A stretch of 64,000 bases of DNA. Origin: Neoechinorhynchus agilis. Lineage: Eukaryota > Animalia > Acanthocephala. This document shows, piece by piece, positions 60,173 through 64,000 of this stretch. Both the position numbers and the translations under genes were made by a program. Where the stretch lies: NCBI GenBank assembly GCA_051530055.1, contig CM121342.1, forward strand, positions 2,328,797 through 2,392,796. Direction: 5' to 3'. Within the stretch, counting starts at the first letter, position 1. Every line of letters starts with the position of its first letter. The notes below the pieces were generated by a model. That model saw only the letters and a program-made list of their open reading frames with translations, did not search any database and had not been told where the DNA came from.

Positions 60173-63100
60173 TGCCAGCGACGAGGAATATAATAGAATG
60201 CTTTAACGCAACTAACTTTGATTTAGACTTTCAATTTCTATTAAAACGAGATCATCTTTCAGGAGATCTCAATTTAATGTAGAAGGCAGAACTTGTCCGT
60301 TAATCAACGGGAAACGACGAATAATTCGTCACTTTTTCATCGGCGAAGGAACCATCAGTGCCTTTAAACAGTAATTCTAAAGTCGTTCCCTTTTCACATC
60401 AGCAAAACAATCCTAAACCCAATTAATTTCATCCTCTCCAACCTCCGCCCCCCCCCACATTTTTCCATACCATCAACCGAAATGAGCCAACCTCACGGAA
60501 ATAATCACCAATTCTCACCCAACCGAACCCGTAATCCACTCCATAATCAACATTGATTTAACCTATCAGAAATCGAGTGTTGATAAAGACCCAAAAGTAC
60601 ATTGGTCCTATTACTTTTTCGATTAAGAAATAAGCGTGTTATTATTATAAGTCCATCAAGATTGTGATATTATATTTATTGTTTTAAAAGCACTACTTAG
60701 CATCGGATCAAAAAACTTCAATTGTTCTCTAAGCTGAAAACGTTGAAATTTTTTTAAAAGATGCCAATGAAAGCTATATTCGCAAAAAAATAATCAAGCA
60801 AATTAACGACGCTCTTCTATTCCATCTATAAAGCAATTTACATCTAACGAATTGATTTGATACCTACTGAAAAAATTAGGTCGTTTCTGTTTTATAGGAA
60901 AAGATTTTACAAGACTATTCGACATCGCGTTTATTTGAAATTGGATTTTACTTTTTTATACGGATTTAAGTAATTGCTTCTCACGTTCATTCTCGGCAAT
61001 AAATTCATCAATCAAAGAGATGAAACTTAATAGAAATTTTCATTCTCAGTTCGTTTCTTCACTCGATTGTTCGTCTTGGGAAATATCGTTATTTAACTTT
61101 TGTTTCTTACAGTATAGGGCCATTGAAAGAAGAAATAAAACGTAAGCAACAAAAAGAGCCATAGAAACAAGCAGAAATGCTATCCATTTTGCAAGATTCA
61201 TTCTACGAATATCAACGAAAAAGGTGTAAGCAACGAAGTAAAAATTATTGGTTGCCATGGGCGTTTATAGATTCATAACAATAAATAGTCCAAAATCTAG
61301 TTCACAGATTTAAGTACTCAGCTTTGACAAGACGATTTGCCCAACTTTGAGGAAGCTAACTATTTTTTAAAGTTCACGAATTTTCAAAATCACTTTGAAA
61401 AAATTAATTTTCATTTTAGTCGAGACTATAAAGCAACGAAGAAAATAAATTGCGATTTTATTTACTTTAGGGATTACTAAGACGTTTTGATAATACGAAG
61501 AATATAAAGCGAAAATCGATTTCAATAAAACGATTTTGACAACATTATCCGCTTCTATTTGTGATAAATAAATATCTGAAACATAGAACTTCGTTGAATT
61601 TTATTGAATATTTAACCTCGTTTATGAACCAACAAAATTTATACCAATTTTAAATCGATTGCGATCAGTGCTCAACAGTCATGGAATAGGACTCTGAATA
61701 TATTGAACATTGTTCTGGATATCTTTATTTACACATTGTTCAATTGTCTTCAATACCTTTTAATATTGAAAATTTTCAATCTTTTTTGTATCTTATAAAG
61801 TTTGAGAAGACTCATACATGTTTCTTAATGGCACTGACAAGTTTACAAATTGGAGCCGTATCGTCTGTTTTCTTTTTTCGTTCCTTTTTCTTTTTGCGAT
61901 TAAAGGTAGCGACCTAAAAGTGGATTAATAATCAATTCTAAAAATCGATTCTAACCAAATAATCCTCTAATGTTCGATACTTTAACATGTGCGAACTTCC
62001 CGTTTTGTGTCTCCTACCCTAAAGAGATAAATGTTTAGCAGAATGTGCCGCCGGGTTTTATGTATATAATGAAAAAGATGATGTTTTTCGTCTGTAGTAA
62101 TGAAAGGAAACATTCTATTGCTCTTTTAATGAACCTTTGCACGTCGCAAGAAGACGAATGAAATACCTCTGATGATTTTCCGCCCTCCCGTTGATGAACT
62201 GAACAAAGTCTCGTCAGTCGATGGAAATTATCCTAGCATCGAGGTTTTCGCAAGAAGCGGCATTAATGAAAAGCATGTCTCTATTATAAAAACTCTTCTA
62301 TTCGCAGAGGCTTCTGAGATTTGTTGACTTTTCAACCAATGAGAATGTATTGAAAATGCCGAACTTGTGATAGCCGCCGATAAATTTTATAAAGTTTGTC
62401 GGCAAAATCTTGGTTTATTAAATCGTTCGAGTCTTAAGGGTTAAAGATTGCTTCGGAATAAACGTCATGTACCAAAAATGGAGTTTCGTTAATACATTAA
62501 CCTTTAAATCTTTTCAGCTTTACAAAATGAGATTAAAAATTAACATTTTTTACTTATGGAATACTATGCACGTTTGTTTCGAATTTAAAGAAATTACGCT
62601 GTTTCCTACGTATAAAAAAAGTGAAGTCCAATAAAAGTATCCATATTTACCAATCTTGTAATATCAAAGGTTTGTAGGCAAATTTTCGAAACATTTTTTA
62701 ACGATTAAAGCATAATTGAGGACCTTCTTAAATTGAACGAGCATTTTGTACGTAGATTTTCCCATTTAGTGAAAATTGCGTTTTAATACAAATAATCAAA
62801 CATATGAATTCCAAAACTAAAATCGCACAATGCCATTTAAATTTTTGAAAAAATATATCTGCTGTTAGCTTTTAATGTTTGTCGCTAGTGTATTCAGCGC
62901 CGATGGTGCAAAAAAGTGTCACCGTTTAGTACACTAAAAGCTTTCTTGAACATTTTTACGCTATAAAACGAATTGTAAGGATTATTGTGGTAATTTCTTT
63001 TACTATCGCCTAATTATTGATTCGCACAACAAGAGATCGGTAGGCCATGCTCTCTTGCATTAATCCATAAAAAAAATTTATGCAGTACGTCGTCTTCGGT

Positions 63101-64000
63101 TAATTTTTCTTTAATTAAACAGATTCGTTTCCTTTGAGGAAGATAAATAAAATGTTAGTCTGATACTCGCATCTATGTTCCGAGTTATTTAAAAAATTAT
63201 TTCCAAAGTTAGCCTGATAAAAAGATAAAAGATTTGGGAGAATTTATGCTCATTTTTGAGAAAATCTGTTCTTGCTTGGTTGTGTATTTTGCCATCTTGA
63301 TTTTTATTAGAAATGAAATGGTCAACCATAAATTCGATTATCAACGTGAATTTTTGTATTATTAAGAGTAATGCTAAAATGACGACCGGAAGCTTGAAAG
63401 AAATATTCATACTTCATATCTCCTTTTTATCTCGATCATCTTGAGAGAACTGAGAATTTAACAGAAATTAACATTTATGCAAGATTTCCACTTTGACATA
63501 TAGACAGAAATTCTATTTAATCAGACTAAAGGTATTACTCTTTCCAATAAAACAAAACAATTATTAATTTTCAGTATTATGATTTTTTATTTAAGATTGC
63601 TTTGATTTGATGAAATCTAAAATTAACTTTCATTGTTTGATATTAATGTGGCATTTAAGTTTCAAAAATTTATTCCGTGTTATTTATTAATTTACACAAA
63701 ATCATCTCAAATTTAAGCAAGTTTCGCTAGAATAAGAAGATCTTTTATTGGCGCTTATAACTGTAAGACTCAACGATAAATATTTAAAAAAAAACCTTAT
63801 TTGCGATTGATAGCAAGAAATTCCGCAAATTTTATAAGTGCACTTTCTGTAAATTTATTCGAGAGTTAATCGGCGTACAAAAGTATCTTACCTATGAAAA
63901 TAAAATACTTAGTTTAAAGACGTTAAGTTGTAAGTCAGGAGAAGAAAAGGTATTCTTACCATCCATGTTGCATACCTTTTACACAGCCATAAACTTAGAC
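60173..64000. repeat. Right arm of the large inverted repeat, running off the window end
   Basis: Reverse complement of 46070-49897. Confidence 0.97.
61046..61258 (-). CDS. Small single-pass membrane protein in the right IR arm
   Basis: Same protein sequence as 48811-49023. Confidence 0.45.
   Translation of the reverse strand: MATNNFYFVAYTFFVDIRRMNLAKWIAFLLVSMALFVAYVLFLLSMALYCKKQKLNNDISQDEQSSEETN

Noticed and set aside
61970-62420. BIR/IAP-like hint (AECAAGFYVYNEKDDV..CFS) in the IR arms
   Set aside because: It needs frameshifts and stop read-through, and the Zn-binding Cys/His residues are missing. An HMM search would be needed.
1-64000. Numerous short antisense ORFs in the ORF track
   Set aside because: They overlap identified genes or transposons on the opposite strand or frame, so they are shadow ORFs. 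I also noticed no tRNA, rRNA or telomeric arrays by eye.

Overview
AT-rich eukaryotic DNA, very likely metazoan (GRB2-like SH3-SH2 adaptor, TALE homeobox, Ly6/three-finger protein), with very short introns of about 25-50 bp. The species cannot be identified from the sequence. 1-30 kb is a rearranged mosaic: a decayed Gypsy pol, many decayed CRE-clade (RLE) non-LTR fragments, Penelope and RTE remnants, three copies of an intronless orphan secreted-protein gene, and host genes (PYROXD1, Ly6-like, a divergent PEBP, two DGAT1/SOAT-like MBOATs). 30.6-37.3 kb is a dense gene cluster (TALE homeobox, chromo-shadow protein, DYNC1LI, PSMB7, SEC61B, GRB2-like). 37.4-43.4 kb is a ~345-bp tandem array with a CR1/L2-like LINE inserted in it. 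46.07-49.90 kb and 60.17-64.0 kb are the arms of a near-identical inverted repeat of at least 3.8 kb, enclosing a mucin-like gene, ISY1 and a Penelope RT remnant. The most unusual observations are: a dispersed ~150-nt repeat family carrying minimal hammerhead-ribozyme motifs; array units that have captured the LINE 5' end; an ungapped 196-bp-arm hairpin; the triplicated secreted protein, one copy with an inversion-derived N-terminus; and the giant inverted repeat. All alignments were done by eye, so coordinates of decayed elements and spliced gene models are approximate.
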